DNA of 64,000 nucleotides, taken from UHGV virus genome UHGV-0279745, one strand, 5' to 3'. Shown one piece after another: positions 9,935 to 19,362 of this stretch; the stretch's first letter is position 1; the number at the start of each line of letters is the position of its first letter. Below the pieces are notes generated by a model. That model had not been told where the DNA came from and ran no database searches. It worked only from the letters and a program-made list of their open reading frames with translations. Origin of the DNA: a virus. A program made the position numbers and the translations under genes.

Positions 9935-10294
9935 ATGGCTTACAATCACAATTCCATCATTCTGGCAAAGCGTAAATTCGGTCTTCACTTGTCTTACGTA
10001 ATTCGTCATTTGACCACAAAAGACATTACTCAGCGTGAACTTGCCCAGCTTGCGAAAGTTTCACAACCTGTTATCTCGTCTATTAAGAACGATCACTCAG
10101 AACGTTTAAGCTTGCCGATTATGATGAAAGTTGCTGATGCGATTCGTCTGAAATACCAGATTAGTTTTAATTCCGTTAAGGGTCGTTGCTCAGTAACCGT
10201 TCACGTAGAGTCCGCGTTGGACTACGTTGCAAACACGTCCATTAAACGCACCACGAAGAATGTGCGTTTTATCACTAACACCGCAACGCACTAA
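9935..10294 (+). CDS. helix-turn-helix (XRE-like) DNA-binding protein
   Basis: ITQRELAQLAKVSQPVISSIKND fits the HTH_XRE pattern; preceded by promoter-like motif and AAGGAG. Confidence 0.6.
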   Translation: MAYNHNSIILAKRKFGLHLSYVIRHLTTKDITQRELAQLAKVSQPVISSIKNDHSERLSLPIMMKVADAIRLKYQISFNSVKGRCSVTVHVESALDYVANTSIKRTTKNVRFITNTATH

Positions 10295-10315
10295 TCAACC
10301 TGAAGGAGTATTATC

Positions 10316-10987
10316 ATGCCACCGAAAATTGGTAAAACTGTAATTGAAGAAACTGTAAAGAACGAGACTAAAGTTAACGAAGCTCAACCGCCTGTGAAAG
10401 TTGAGCTTTTACCCTGCGTTAATGAAATACTCGGGGTGAAATTCTTAACTTTTAGCCCGTATACTGACCTGGTTTTCGAACTTTATCAAGACCAGCCTTT
10501 CAACTTATTCACACTTGTCTGCACTTATAATGGTGATGTTTTGGCGGTTGCACCTGGTCTCAATAGAGACAAATTACTTACAGGCACGGTTATTACTGAA
10601 ATTCTTCTGCGGTTAATGCATAAGTTTGAAGGGCCTGAACTTGACAAAATCGCTGTTAAGTTAGCGGACTTGCTAATCAATGCCGCCACCTGGTTGTGTT
10701 TTAACCCTTCTATCTATTTCCATTTCAGTACAAATATTCTTCACGCCGTAACAGACGACGGTAAAAAGTATCGCATCTTAATTAAGGGTGGGGTGCAACA
10801 ACCTTTGTTCTCTAGACAAAACTGCCATATTAAGTTTTCGCCTGACTTGGTAGAAGTTTACGGCCAGCGAGTAGCGGCTGGCCACTACGATGCCCATCTC
10901 AGATTTTTCAACTACCTGTATGAAAAATTAGGGAAAGCTGGCTTGACACCCAATCTTGCTTTTACAAACTCTGCCCCTTCTGCATGA
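10316..10987 (+). CDS. hypothetical protein
   Basis: 223-aa ORF with GAAGGAG upstream; terminator follows. Confidence 0.55.
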   Translation: MPPKIGKTVIEETVKNETKVNEAQPPVKVELLPCVNEILGVKFLTFSPYTDLVFELYQDQPFNLFTLVCTYNGDVLAVAPGLNRDKLLTGTVITEILLRLMHKFEGPELDKIAVKLADLLINAATWLCFNPSIYFHFSTNILHAVTDDGKKYRILIKGGVQQPLFSRQNCHIKFSPDLVEVYGQRVAAGHYDAHLRFFNYLYEKLGKAGLTPNLAFTNSAPSA

Positions 10988-10999
10988 TGTTTAATAATT

Positions 11000-11035
11000 G
11001 GGGAACTTCGGTTCCCCTTTCTTTTTTGTTTTTAC
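11000..11035 (+). terminator. rho-independent terminator
   Basis: GGGGAAC-ttcg-GTTCCCC followed by a T-run. Confidence 0.75.
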
Positions 11036-11081
11036 AACTTTAGCGTATTGTTTTGAGACGACCTTTTAAGGAGTAATTAAC

Positions 11082-12080
11082 ATGGCTTTTATGAAGATTA
11101 TAAAACATACCGCCACGGATTTAACAGTAGGTCGGTTAGCACGTAGAGATATTCGCAACCCTCAACTTCAGGCATGTTTATCGGGCCCTAACGGTGCTGT
11201 GATTCGTGAGGCGTTGTGCAATAGTGAACTGAATACGTTCTCTTTACAAAAAGGAAAAACAATCCAAGGGTTTATCATCACAAAACACATTTACGGCGAC
11301 CCAACGTTACACTGCTTGTATATGCATGAAATTGTACCGGGTTGTTTGAACAAACTGAACCTGCTACTGGTACTCGACTATACCGGTTTTACGTATCTTA
11401 ATCGAATCGCCAGTGGTGTAGAAGAAATCGCTGAGCTTAACGACTTAGGATTTAGACACACTCACACTACGTATCGCTTAGGTACACGCTCGTTGTTGGA
11501 TATCGCTCTACCAACAAACGTGAAGAACATCTCCGGCGATTTTTATAAAGAGCTAACCGCTGCACAACGTGAACAGCTTATGTTGCTTTTGGGTACGAGT
11601 GTCGTTGAAAACATCAACGCTGACCCTGTGAGTCGCTCACGTCAAATCATGCCACAAGTCGAAACGTTGGTGGAGTTAGTACGTCATGTCAACCACCACA
11701 CCTACGTTTGGATGGATGGCAATGATATTGTGGGCGCGGTGCAAGTTAAATTGCGTAATCTTAACGAGTGTGAATTAAAAGCCATTGCGGTAAGTGAGAC
11801 ACATCGGGGTCGTGGTATCGGACGGACTTTATTGTATCGTGCTCTACAAATTGCATCGACAACAGCGGCACCATTAGAGATAGGGTGTTTCAATAACAAC
11901 CCTGCATTCAGGCACCTGGCCGTCGAATTATTTAAATTTCGCCCCTACGAATACGAACTTGTTTTAGTGCGTGACGAAAACGTCGTCAGTTGGGAGCGTC
12001 AGAAAAATCATGTCAGATTGGTGTTAGTCGACGAAGCGTCATCGTTACAAGGCGGATATAATGCGGAAACCGATAATTAA
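11082..12080 (+). CDS. hypothetical protein with C-terminal GNAT-like domain
   Basis: C-terminal HRGRGIGRTLLYRALQ resembles GNAT motif A; N-terminal 200 aa unknown. Confidence 0.5.
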   Translation: MAFMKIIKHTATDLTVGRLARRDIRNPQLQACLSGPNGAVIREALCNSELNTFSLQKGKTIQGFIITKHIYGDPTLHCLYMHEIVPGCLNKLNLLLVLDYTGFTYLNRIASGVEEIAELNDLGFRHTHTTYRLGTRSLLDIALPTNVKNISGDFYKELTAAQREQLMLLLGTSVVENINADPVSRSRQIMPQVETLVELVRHVNHHTYVWMDGNDIVGAVQVKLRNLNECELKAIAVSETHRGRGIGRTLLYRALQIASTTAAPLEIGCFNNNPAFRHLAVELFKFRPYEYELVLVRDENVVSWERQKNHVRLVLVDEASSLQGGYNAETDN

Positions 12081-12876
12081 ATGGATGGGTGGGAAAACAC
12101 GCGTTTTGGGTGAATTACAAAAGGTCTTACCTAAACGTACAACCTTTGTAGAACCGTTTGTGGGCGCAGGGTCTGTTTTCCTAAATACGAATTACAGCCG
12201 GTATATTCTATCGGATTCTAACCCCGATTTGATACGCTTACTTTGTGTTGCGCGTGAACAGCCTGAAGAACTGATCGCTGCATCGCAACCGTTGTTCTTA
12301 GACGGTAATACCACTGTAAAGTATATGGAACGTCGTGAACTGTTTAATAGCGGTAAATCGATGTCCGAAGTTGAACGTGCTGCAATGTTTTTATACTTAA
12401 TGCGTCACGGCTATAACGGGATGTGTCGTTATAACAGTAGTGGTGGGTTCAATGTTCCGTTTGGACGTTACCCGAATGGCGTTTATTATCCATTAGAAGA
12501 AATTCGGGATTGGGCTAAACGTTGCGCAGAAGTTGAGTATCTGGAAATTGTTTGTGAAGACTTTCGTTCTGTATTAGCACGGACACCTGAAGATGCCGTG
12601 ATTTATGCTGATCCTCCTTATATTCCGTTATCGGATACCGCGAAACACGCGCAATACCACCGTAAGGAATTCTCACAAACGGATCATCGTGAATTAGCCA
12701 AGTTACTACAGCAGCAGGTGGAACGTGGCAACAGCGTCGTGCTGTCAAATGCAGACACCCTACTCACCCGAGAAATTTATTACGGTTTTGAGTGGCGCAG
12801 TATTGAGGTTGGTCGCTATATGGGTGCGTCTGGTGCCGCTCGGAAAACAGTGACTGAATTACTGGGAGTGCTCTAA
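12061..12876 (+). CDS. dam: DNA adenine methyltransferase (Dam, GATC-type)
   Basis: Near-colinear match to E. coli Dam as recalled: KWMGGK, VEPFVGAGSVFLNT, GYNGMCRYN..GGFNVPFGRY, and catalytic DPPY (ADPPYIPLS). Confidence 0.92.
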   Translation: MRKPIIKWMGGKTRVLGELQKVLPKRTTFVEPFVGAGSVFLNTNYSRYILSDSNPDLIRLLCVAREQPEELIAASQPLFLDGNTTVKYMERRELFNSGKSMSEVERAAMFLYLMRHGYNGMCRYNSSGGFNVPFGRYPNGVYYPLEEIRDWAKRCAEVEYLEIVCEDFRSVLARTPEDAVIYADPPYIPLSDTAKHAQYHRKEFSQTDHRELAKLLQQQVERGNSVVLSNADTLLTREIYYGFEWRSIEVGRYMGASGAARKTVTELLGVL

Positions 12877-13649
12877 TGCGCATAGTGGATATCCACGATT
12901 ATCGTAATGACCATTTAGCAATCGGTGTGGATGGCAAAATGGTTTCGCTAACCCGTGTACGGAAAGGGTTACTGGAAAAGGACGTCATTCGCGAATCTGA
13001 AGATCCGACCTTTATCATTCTTTCGAACACGAATCAGCTGCAAGGAATTTTCTCCGGTCGCACTGACGGTAAGATTTTCTACATGTCAGCAATCGTTGTG
13101 TTTGCGAAGAAGAACATCAATTTCGCACAACTCAAACGGTTGTTAAATGTGGAGGTGTTTGATATAACCTACCCTGCCAACGACCTAAAACGTCGCGATC
13201 AGTTAATGGCGTTTTTGGGTATGCAGCCGACGTCTATCGACTATGAGCTGACGTTTACTGAAAAACCTGAGGTTCGTACCGATTTACCTGATGTCGATGA
13301 TATTGAATCTCTAACGTTAGAAGAAACGTTTACGATTCCTAAGGTGGCTAATGTCAGTTTGGATACGTACTGCCTGGGTTTGTTAGCGATTGGGGCTGCC
13401 GAAGGGCTGTGCTGTCGTAAAGACGGTAAAGTTGAAGGTATCTTAGTCTATTCGAAAATCAACGAAAAGACGTTTGCCACCGAAGGTTTCTTCTATAATG
13501 ACTGTACTTACGGGAATGCACTCTTAACCACATACTGTCGTATTGCGTATTTAAAGGGTGCAGCCGTGCGTCTTACTTTTCCATACTCAGCACCACCGGC
13601 GATGCCTGGTGTTGAAGTAGAAGCTTTAACTGGCCATTTTATCTTTTAA
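12876..13649 (+). CDS. hypothetical protein
   Basis: 257-aa ORF; start overlaps the Dam stop (TAATG). Confidence 0.55.
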   Translation: MRIVDIHDYRNDHLAIGVDGKMVSLTRVRKGLLEKDVIRESEDPTFIILSNTNQLQGIFSGRTDGKIFYMSAIVVFAKKNINFAQLKRLLNVEVFDITYPANDLKRRDQLMAFLGMQPTSIDYELTFTEKPEVRTDLPDVDDIESLTLEETFTIPKVANVSLDTYCLGLLAIGAAEGLCCRKDGKVEGILVYSKINEKTFATEGFFYNDCTYGNALLTTYCRIAYLKGAAVRLTFPYSAPPAMPGVEVEALTGHFIF

Positions 13650-13658
13650 GGACATTGA

Positions 13659-13886
13659 ATGGAAATCAAACGTATTGTAACCAAAGACAAAAAGATTACT
13701 TACGTCGCAGGTGATAACGAATTCTCGGCGGTTATTAATACTGAGAACGTGCTGATTATCGGTTATCCAGGTAAAGTCATTACTCGTAGCCATCAGCGCG
13801 TGATTGACAAGCTCATCGCCAAAGCAAAAGCGCGTGATGGTGTTGGTTCAGTAGAAACCCATACCGGGTTAACGTTGGCACTCTAA
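13659..13886 (+). CDS. hypothetical small protein
   Basis: 75-aa ORF in co-directional array. Confidence 0.45.
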   Translation: MEIKRIVTKDKKITYVAGDNEFSAVINTENVLIIGYPGKVITRSHQRVIDKLIAKAKARDGVGSVETHTGLTLAL

Positions 13887-13924
13887 CCAGCAGGTAATAT
13901 GACCTCTTAACTGGAGACTTAGAG

Positions 13925-14431
13925 ATGAAAGAGACTCTGGATTTTAATCAGCTTGAGCAGCACGATTTTGATCTCGGTGTTCGCGACTTAGAAGCTGACT
14001 ACGAAACGCGTTGTAAAGAATTCTTTAATCGCTACGGGCAATTGATTACCGGGGCATCTGAAGACACCGAATTCTCGTTAGACGATTTCGAAAAGATTCT
14101 ATCTTGCTTTATCACCGACAGCTTAGCGAAACAGGCGTTGCTGGTAGAACAGAACCTGCAAATGGTGGAGCCTACGGATGCTCACGCCGTGCTAAAAGAA
14201 TCCATTATTCCGAACGACGAAATTATGGATGCGGTAGCAGGTATTCGTGGTACGTTCGACAGCGCTGTGGAAGACTATACCGAGCAGCTTCGTGAGTCTG
14301 GGCTAACGTTATGTGCACCTGCGGGCGAACAGTTACCTTCTGAAGAAGAAACGGAAGAAGCACGCAGTCGCTTAGCACGTTATGTGATTACTTCTATTTT
14401 AGTAGACGATCGCGAAGAAAACGTACTGTAA
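13925..14431 (+). CDS. hypothetical acidic protein
   Basis: 168-aa Asp/Glu-rich ORF; terminator follows. Confidence 0.5.
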   Translation: MKETLDFNQLEQHDFDLGVRDLEADYETRCKEFFNRYGQLITGASEDTEFSLDDFEKILSCFITDSLAKQALLVEQNLQMVEPTDAHAVLKESIIPNDEIMDAVAGIRGTFDSAVEDYTEQLRESGLTLCAPAGEQLPSEEETEEARSRLARYVITSILVDDREENVL

Positions 14432-14435
14432 ACTT

Positions 14436-14474
14436 CCCCTCTCTCCGTTTGGAGGGAGGGAGTATTTATTTTTA
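14436..14474 (+). terminator. rho-independent terminator
   Basis: CCCCTCTCTCC-gttt-GGAGGGAGGG followed by a T-run; near-duplicate of the terminator at 15501. Confidence 0.7.
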
Positions 14475-14528
14475 CGCTTTCGTGTCTAATTATGCACACG
14501 TAAACAAAATTAATTGAGGAACAGCTAA

Positions 14529-14864
14529 ATGTGGTTAAGTGCGATTCACCGTGATTTACCAAAACAAGAAATGGTATTTACTGTTGGCGAGCCAGCAACT
14601 GTAGTAGGTGTTGCTAAGTTCGAAAGGGTAGAAGAAGGTCAATTCGTCGTAGTGGACGACAACGAAAACGAATTCATGCTGTTCCACCCTGAGGTCGATA
14701 CCTCTGAAATCTGTGAGGGTTCTCTTTTGTTGTCCTGGCAAGATCCTGAAACCGGTGCATGGAAGTGGCGTGTCGCTAAACCGACGCTTGAAACAGAATC
14801 TGCATACGTGACTGAACACGTATACGTGTTTGGGGAAACTTATGTCGAACCAAAACCACACTAA
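14529..14864 (+). CDS. hypothetical protein
   Basis: 111-aa ORF. Confidence 0.45.
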   Translation: MWLSAIHRDLPKQEMVFTVGEPATVVGVAKFERVEEGQFVVVDDNENEFMLFHPEVDTSEICEGSLLLSWQDPETGAWKWRVAKPTLETESAYVTEHVYVFGETYVEPKPH

Positions 14865-15150
14865 TACCGACGAAACGAATTTACAGCGCTTGCAACGGGC
14901 ACTAACTGCACCGCTAGGTGGCGAGATTCACGAACGCTGGGTAATTGCGAGGGTGGTAGAAATTGACTATTCTCAGGATCAGTTACTGTTAAATAACTGC
15001 TCGACGAACGTGTCCTTCACGCTACCTCGCACTGTATTCCGTCTTACGCCCAACGTTGATGAAATACTGACTATTGACAGGAAACTTCTGTCGATAGAAC
15101 TACAGCATTTCCCGCTACCTGGTAAGTCGGTTAACATCGCGTTATGCTGA
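14842..15150 (+). CDS. hypothetical protein
   Basis: ORF 14830-15150; ATG 14842 preferred over the TTG at 14830. Confidence 0.45.
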   Translation: MSNQNHTNTDETNLQRLQRALTAPLGGEIHERWVIARVVEIDYSQDQLLLNNCSTNVSFTLPRTVFRLTPNVDEILTIDRKLLSIELQHFPLPGKSVNIALC

Positions 15151-15160
15151 TAATTGTCTA

Positions 15161-15206
15161 AAAAATTTAAGATATATTTCATCTATGTGAGAATTCTCAC
15201 TTAACT
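15161..15206 (+). promoter_or_regulatory. conserved promoter-like motif (copy 2, diverged) with palindromic stem-loop
   Basis: AAGATATATTTCATCTATGTGAGAATTCTCACTTAAC; the GTGAGA...TCTCACTTAAC part matches copy 4. Confidence 0.4.
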
Positions 15207-15223
15207 AAATGGAGTAATCTAAA

Positions 15224-15493
15224 ATGGGTAAGATTTATATTGTTGAAAAACGTGCAGGTAATGTTCTTTCCTATTACGAAGAAGGTAAACCTGAAAAGGT
15301 TAAAACACTCAAACTCGACGGATTTGATGTGAAGAGTTTACGCAAGGGTGTGAAGATTACCTTTAAAGGTCTGACTCGCGTAAATAACTTACACATTGTT
15401 AAGGCCGATGGTACGATGGCTGCGTTAGCGCCTGTCAGTGCTGCGAAAACTACAGCCGGTCGTGGTTGCTACGGTAGCAGTCGTAAGATTTAA
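15224..15493 (+). CDS. hypothetical small protein
   Basis: 89-aa ORF downstream of promoter-like motif copy; terminator follows. Confidence 0.5.
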   Translation: MGKIYIVEKRAGNVLSYYEEGKPEKVKTLKLDGFDVKSLRKGVKITFKGLTRVNNLHIVKADGTMAALAPVSAAKTTAGRGCYGSSRKI

Positions 15494-15500
15494 GCAGTGC

Positions 15501-15540
15501 CCCTCTCTCCGTTAGGAGAGAGGGTACTTTTATTTTTCTT
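15501..15540 (+). terminator. rho-independent terminator
   Basis: CCCTCTCTCC-gtta-GGAGAGAGGG followed by a T-run. Confidence 0.75.
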
Positions 15541-15548
15541 CGAGGTGT

Positions 15549-16040
15549 GTGATGACAACAGTTTTAGTAACAAACGATTACATTTTAGCTGATCGGTTGG
15601 TTGATTATGGCGGTACAGTTAAAGCGACACCTAAATTACACAAGTACAAAAACAAATTCGTTGTTTATACTGGGGAACGCGTATTGGACTCGGATTTCTG
15701 GAAAAAGACGATGATGGCCGCAGTAGAAAAATATTTGATTGAAGAAAAGCGAGCCAAGGTTGAAGGATTATTTAAAGATCTTATCGAAAAAGAGCAGTTT
15801 TACGATCAGTTGATCATTTACACAGCTGAGGAAACACACTGGCTCGGTCTGCTAGAGGGTAAATTTGAATCTCGTGTACTGAATAAAAACACGGTTTGGG
15901 CAACGGGCTCTGGTGGAGGATTTGCGCGGGCTGCTTGGGCAACTGGAATATCAGAAAAGAATATTATTCCATTAGTAGGTTCGATTGATACAGCTACATC
16001 ACAAACGTACGACTTATTTTACAGGAAGCACTTACGATGA
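15549..16040 (+). CDS. hypothetical protein
   Basis: 163-aa ORF. Confidence 0.5.
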   Translation: MMTTVLVTNDYILADRLVDYGGTVKATPKLHKYKNKFVVYTGERVLDSDFWKKTMMAAVEKYLIEEKRAKVEGLFKDLIEKEQFYDQLIIYTAEETHWLGLLEGKFESRVLNKNTVWATGSGGGFARAAWATGISEKNIIPLVGSIDTATSQTYDLFYRKHLR

Positions 16041-16558
16041 AGATAAACGCTGTCTTAATTGGCGATGAAATATTCGTTAATACAAAAACGCAATATCTGT
16101 ATTACGAAGGCATTACTGTAATAGAGGATTATTACGGTAAGTACGGTTGGTGGATTCCGTCCCCTAACTCCTTACGATTAGAAGAAGCATTAACTGCTGA
16201 AGAGAACAAACTAGAAGGAGAGTGGACTTATATTAGTTCTATAATTGATGTTAGTGGACGTATTAAGGATGTCTATTGGGCTAAAGAGTCAGGGTGGCGT
16301 GTTACGCTACACCAACTAACACCAGTAAGATTGTTGTACGACCACTCGGACAGTTCAGAGTTAGCGTTTACCATTGAGACGCTCTCGGTACGTAAGGATC
16401 TAGACAACGTAGGGAAAGGGAAGTGGTCTATTGAGCGCATTGAGGAGATTCTCAGCCGCTTTAAAGCTAACAACCAATTTAAACGTTGGTGTACATTGCC
16501 TGAGTTAGTAGAGGAGTTGAAAAAGCGGGATTGCAAGCCGCTACCTTTTAACCCGTAG
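16037..16558 (+). CDS. hypothetical protein
   Basis: 173-aa ORF; ATGA overlap with upstream gene. Confidence 0.5.
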   Translation: MKINAVLIGDEIFVNTKTQYLYYEGITVIEDYYGKYGWWIPSPNSLRLEEALTAEENKLEGEWTYISSIIDVSGRIKDVYWAKESGWRVTLHQLTPVRLLYDHSDSSELAFTIETLSVRKDLDNVGKGKWSIERIEEILSRFKANNQFKRWCTLPELVEELKKRDCKPLPFNP

Positions 16559-16604
16559 TCTTTTTTACAACTGCGGCTATTTTAATGATTAGGAGAATAT
16601 AGAG

Positions 16605-17000
16605 ATGACCGCAATAATAGGTATAATGTCAAGAAAAGCTGATGTCATTAAGACATTTATCGACCAATATAACAACTCACCGTATACGCGTCTTAGATTG
16701 CGTAAACCCCAGAATAGCACAGAATGGGTTCGCTGGTTTAATATTTGGGATAAAACAATAAGTAAAATCAATCCGTTATTCAGAATTAAGGTTGAGCCTG
16801 CTTATTGGATTGTAATGGAAATATCGCTATTACGTATTCTCGAAAAACGTCCTATAGACGTAAAGACGATGTTTGGAATAGATACGTATAAAATGTTGAA
16901 CAATGGTTTTGTGGGTAATGGGGAACACACATTGTATCAAGCGATGCTGGAAATGTGTTTGTTCGATTTAGTTACTTACGAATTGGGGATTTCAAAATGA
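16605..17000 (+). CDS. hypothetical protein
   Basis: 131-aa ORF. Confidence 0.5.
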   Translation: MTAIIGIMSRKADVIKTFIDQYNNSPYTRLRLRKPQNSTEWVRWFNIWDKTISKINPLFRIKVEPAYWIVMEISLLRILEKRPIDVKTMFGIDTYKMLNNGFVGNGEHTLYQAMLEMCLFDLVTYELGISK

Positions 17001-17461
17001 ATTACTTCGAATCTAAAGAAATTGTTGAGTTGTTTAAACAGCGTGAGAAAACTGCATTCCGTGACTTGTACGATTCTGATTATCGCCCACTGTTTGCGGT
17101 ATTAATGCGTCTGGATAAAGAACCCGAAGTCGCGTTAGCAGAGGTACAGCACCACCACGTCAGTTTCGTATTAACCGAAAACATGAGTCGGTGGGTAGAT
17201 GGTATGCTGATCCGTATTGGGCTCTTGGAAACGCCGCATCGTTGGGAAGTGGTTATTCAGAAATCACTGTTCCCACGGGAAGATATTTTCAACAAATATC
17301 GTCCGAAGCAGTATTACAATCACGACGGGTCACCAAAACGTCCTTTCCTGGCACCCCAACATTTTGTAACCTACGTAACGCTACGTTATAAAGACACTGT
17401 GGTGCCGTTTGACACCTACCTGGAAATGCGTGAGATAATTTTAGGGAAGAATCCAACATGA
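16997..17461 (+). CDS. hypothetical protein
   Basis: ORF 16955-17461; ATG 16997 preferred (ATGA coupling with upstream stop). Confidence 0.5.
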   Translation: MNYFESKEIVELFKQREKTAFRDLYDSDYRPLFAVLMRLDKEPEVALAEVQHHHVSFVLTENMSRWVDGMLIRIGLLETPHRWEVVIQKSLFPREDIFNKYRPKQYYNHDGSPKRPFLAPQHFVTYVTLRYKDTVVPFDTYLEMREIILGKNPT

Positions 17462-17940
17462 ATCAATTTTCTGTTGATGCAGAAAGACTAGCGTCATTTA
17501 AAGAACGTGCTCAGTCTGCAGCCAAAAACGGCTATATCGAAAAAGGGGTTCGTGACACCTGCAAGCTAATCAACGACCATCCACACTTGGCGACAATGTG
17601 GAGTTGTGAAGGTCACGGTATGTATTCTAAGTCACCTGGAAATCTGCATATCGTTTTTGCAACAGACGCTATTGGAAGTCAGATTCCAATGCAGGTTATG
17701 ACTGAACTTGCAAAATCGGATTTACCGAATTTCTGGAATCTTAGTTTGTGTCGTCTTTATATACCAGATGCATACACGGATTTGGTATATCTTGAACCTG
17801 ACTATGGATTAAATACCGATGACACTTCTTACTGGTCTTGGAAAATCGGATACATGTGCTTGATTAATCGTCCCGCGTTAATTGAGGCACGTCAAGCTCT
17901 TTATAAAGCATTTCACACAGTATTAGTTGAGAATAAATAA
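17458..17940 (+). CDS. hypothetical protein
   Basis: 160-aa ORF; ATGA overlap. Confidence 0.5.
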   Translation: MNQFSVDAERLASFKERAQSAAKNGYIEKGVRDTCKLINDHPHLATMWSCEGHGMYSKSPGNLHIVFATDAIGSQIPMQVMTELAKSDLPNFWNLSLCRLYIPDAYTDLVYLEPDYGLNTDDTSYWSWKIGYMCLINRPALIEARQALYKAFHTVLVENK

Positions 17941-18632
17941 TGGCTACCAAACAAAAGAAACCGCGTAACAAAAAGTATAACCCGAAAGCCGCTGCTAACC
18001 GTACTGCGCACACCATTGCTGAAAATGCGCTAAACCGCATTACTTTCGTCGGTAGCTCTATTCGTCCTATCGGTCCGTACGCAGGTCGTGGTTTCCAGTT
18101 TACAACGTCACCGCGTATGCGCATGGCGGCTACCGACATGTTAATCGGTGGTTTGTTTGACGAGCCACGTAACTGGAAACTGTGGGTTGCGCATCTGTAC
18201 GAAACAGATAATGGTGTGCAAGCAGAAACCATCGTGGCAACGCTTGACGACTACACGTTAAGTGATTTCTGTCAACACGGTGACAAGATCATCAAGTCGC
18301 TACGTGAGACGGAAGAAAACTACTTCGGTTATGCTTTCGTTGCTGCACCTAACGAACGTTATGATTTTGACCAGGGAGAAGAACGCTTACTGGAAAACTT
18401 CATGCATTCGGGTCTGTTAGACAAATCCTTACACTTACCTGAAGAAGAACTGATGGTTACACGTAAGGACATGGTAACGTTGTTGTTAGCCGATCGTGGT
18501 CGTTTTGATATTACCGAATCACATGTACGTAAAGTACAGAAACTTGTGGATAAGGTAGACGAAACTGACCTGGACACTAACGAAGTCGCATCCCGTATCC
18601 AATCGGTAGTGAATCAGGAAGAGGATTACTAA
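17940..18632 (+). CDS. hypothetical protein (basic N-terminus)
   Basis: 230-aa ORF; TAATG overlap. Confidence 0.55.
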   Translation: MATKQKKPRNKKYNPKAAANRTAHTIAENALNRITFVGSSIRPIGPYAGRGFQFTTSPRMRMAATDMLIGGLFDEPRNWKLWVAHLYETDNGVQAETIVATLDDYTLSDFCQHGDKIIKSLRETEENYFGYAFVAAPNERYDFDQGEERLLENFMHSGLLDKSLHLPEEELMVTRKDMVTLLLADRGRFDITESHVRKVQKLVDKVDETDLDTNEVASRIQSVVNQEEDY

Positions 18633-18634
18633 GC

Positions 18635-19156
18635 GTGATAGCGCGACTTGCGAGTTGGTTTAAGCAACGTCGGGCAAAGGCGGTCGAATGGCCGCCTATT
18701 ACGCACGATGAAAAGGTGGTTGCTTTTCTGAACTATAACAAAGACTTGAAAAGATTAGGCGAGTTAATGCGCTTAACGGAACGTCAGGTTTTTGCTAAGA
18801 TTTCAAGCAGCGCGTTACGTAAAGAAGTGTTCCCACACTTATCCTTTATGGAACAAATCCATGCTGAAAGTGTGGAGAAATTTCTTTCGTTAGTAAATAA
18901 TGAGACTCCACGAATACGGTACTCGGTTACGGATTCATCTGATGCTGTCGGTACGGTCGATTTCGGACGATTGTATCAGAGCATTAAAGACGTGGGCCAT
19001 ATACATGTTAAACGAGTATCAGAAACATCTGTAGTGATTTATCACCATACTGAGCATGATTTGTTAGGGTGCGTTATAACACTAACAAATTTACATAGTT
19101 TTTACGTTGATTTACTTACAGGGTTTTATCCAGAACCATGGTGTTTTATACGATGA
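18635..19156 (+). CDS. hypothetical protein
   Basis: 173-aa ORF with GTG start. Confidence 0.5.
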   Translation: MIARLASWFKQRRAKAVEWPPITHDEKVVAFLNYNKDLKRLGELMRLTERQVFAKISSSALRKEVFPHLSFMEQIHAESVEKFLSLVNNETPRIRYSVTDSSDAVGTVDFGRLYQSIKDVGHIHVKRVSETSVVIYHHTEHDLLGCVITLTNLHSFYVDLLTGFYPEPWCFIR

Positions 19157-19362
19157 AAAGAGCTAATGGATACATCATCTCAGCGATTGTTTCAACCGTG
19201 CTGGTTGTGACGATGCTGATGTTTTATGTCCGTGTGTCAGATGACTCGCGCAAAGAAAGCCTTTATCGTGAGTGTATGTCAGGAAAGACCGTAGACGATC
19301 CACGTTACGCCGAATTAGTAATGGCGTGTACGGAATACGCTAAACGAATGGGAGATGGATGA
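19138..19362 (+). CDS. small membrane-anchored protein (paralog 1 of a pair)
   Basis: One hydrophobic helix (YIISAIVSTVLVVTMLMFYV) then LYREC...C domain, paralogous to the next ORF. Confidence 0.45.
   Translation: MVFYTMKRANGYIISAIVSTVLVVTMLMFYVRVSDDSRKESLYRECMSGKTVDDPRYAELVMACTEYAKRMGDG

Noticed and set aside
17864-18232. 122-aa minus-strand ORF
   Set aside because: Antisense within the plus-strand gene array; overlaps two well-formed plus-strand ORFs.
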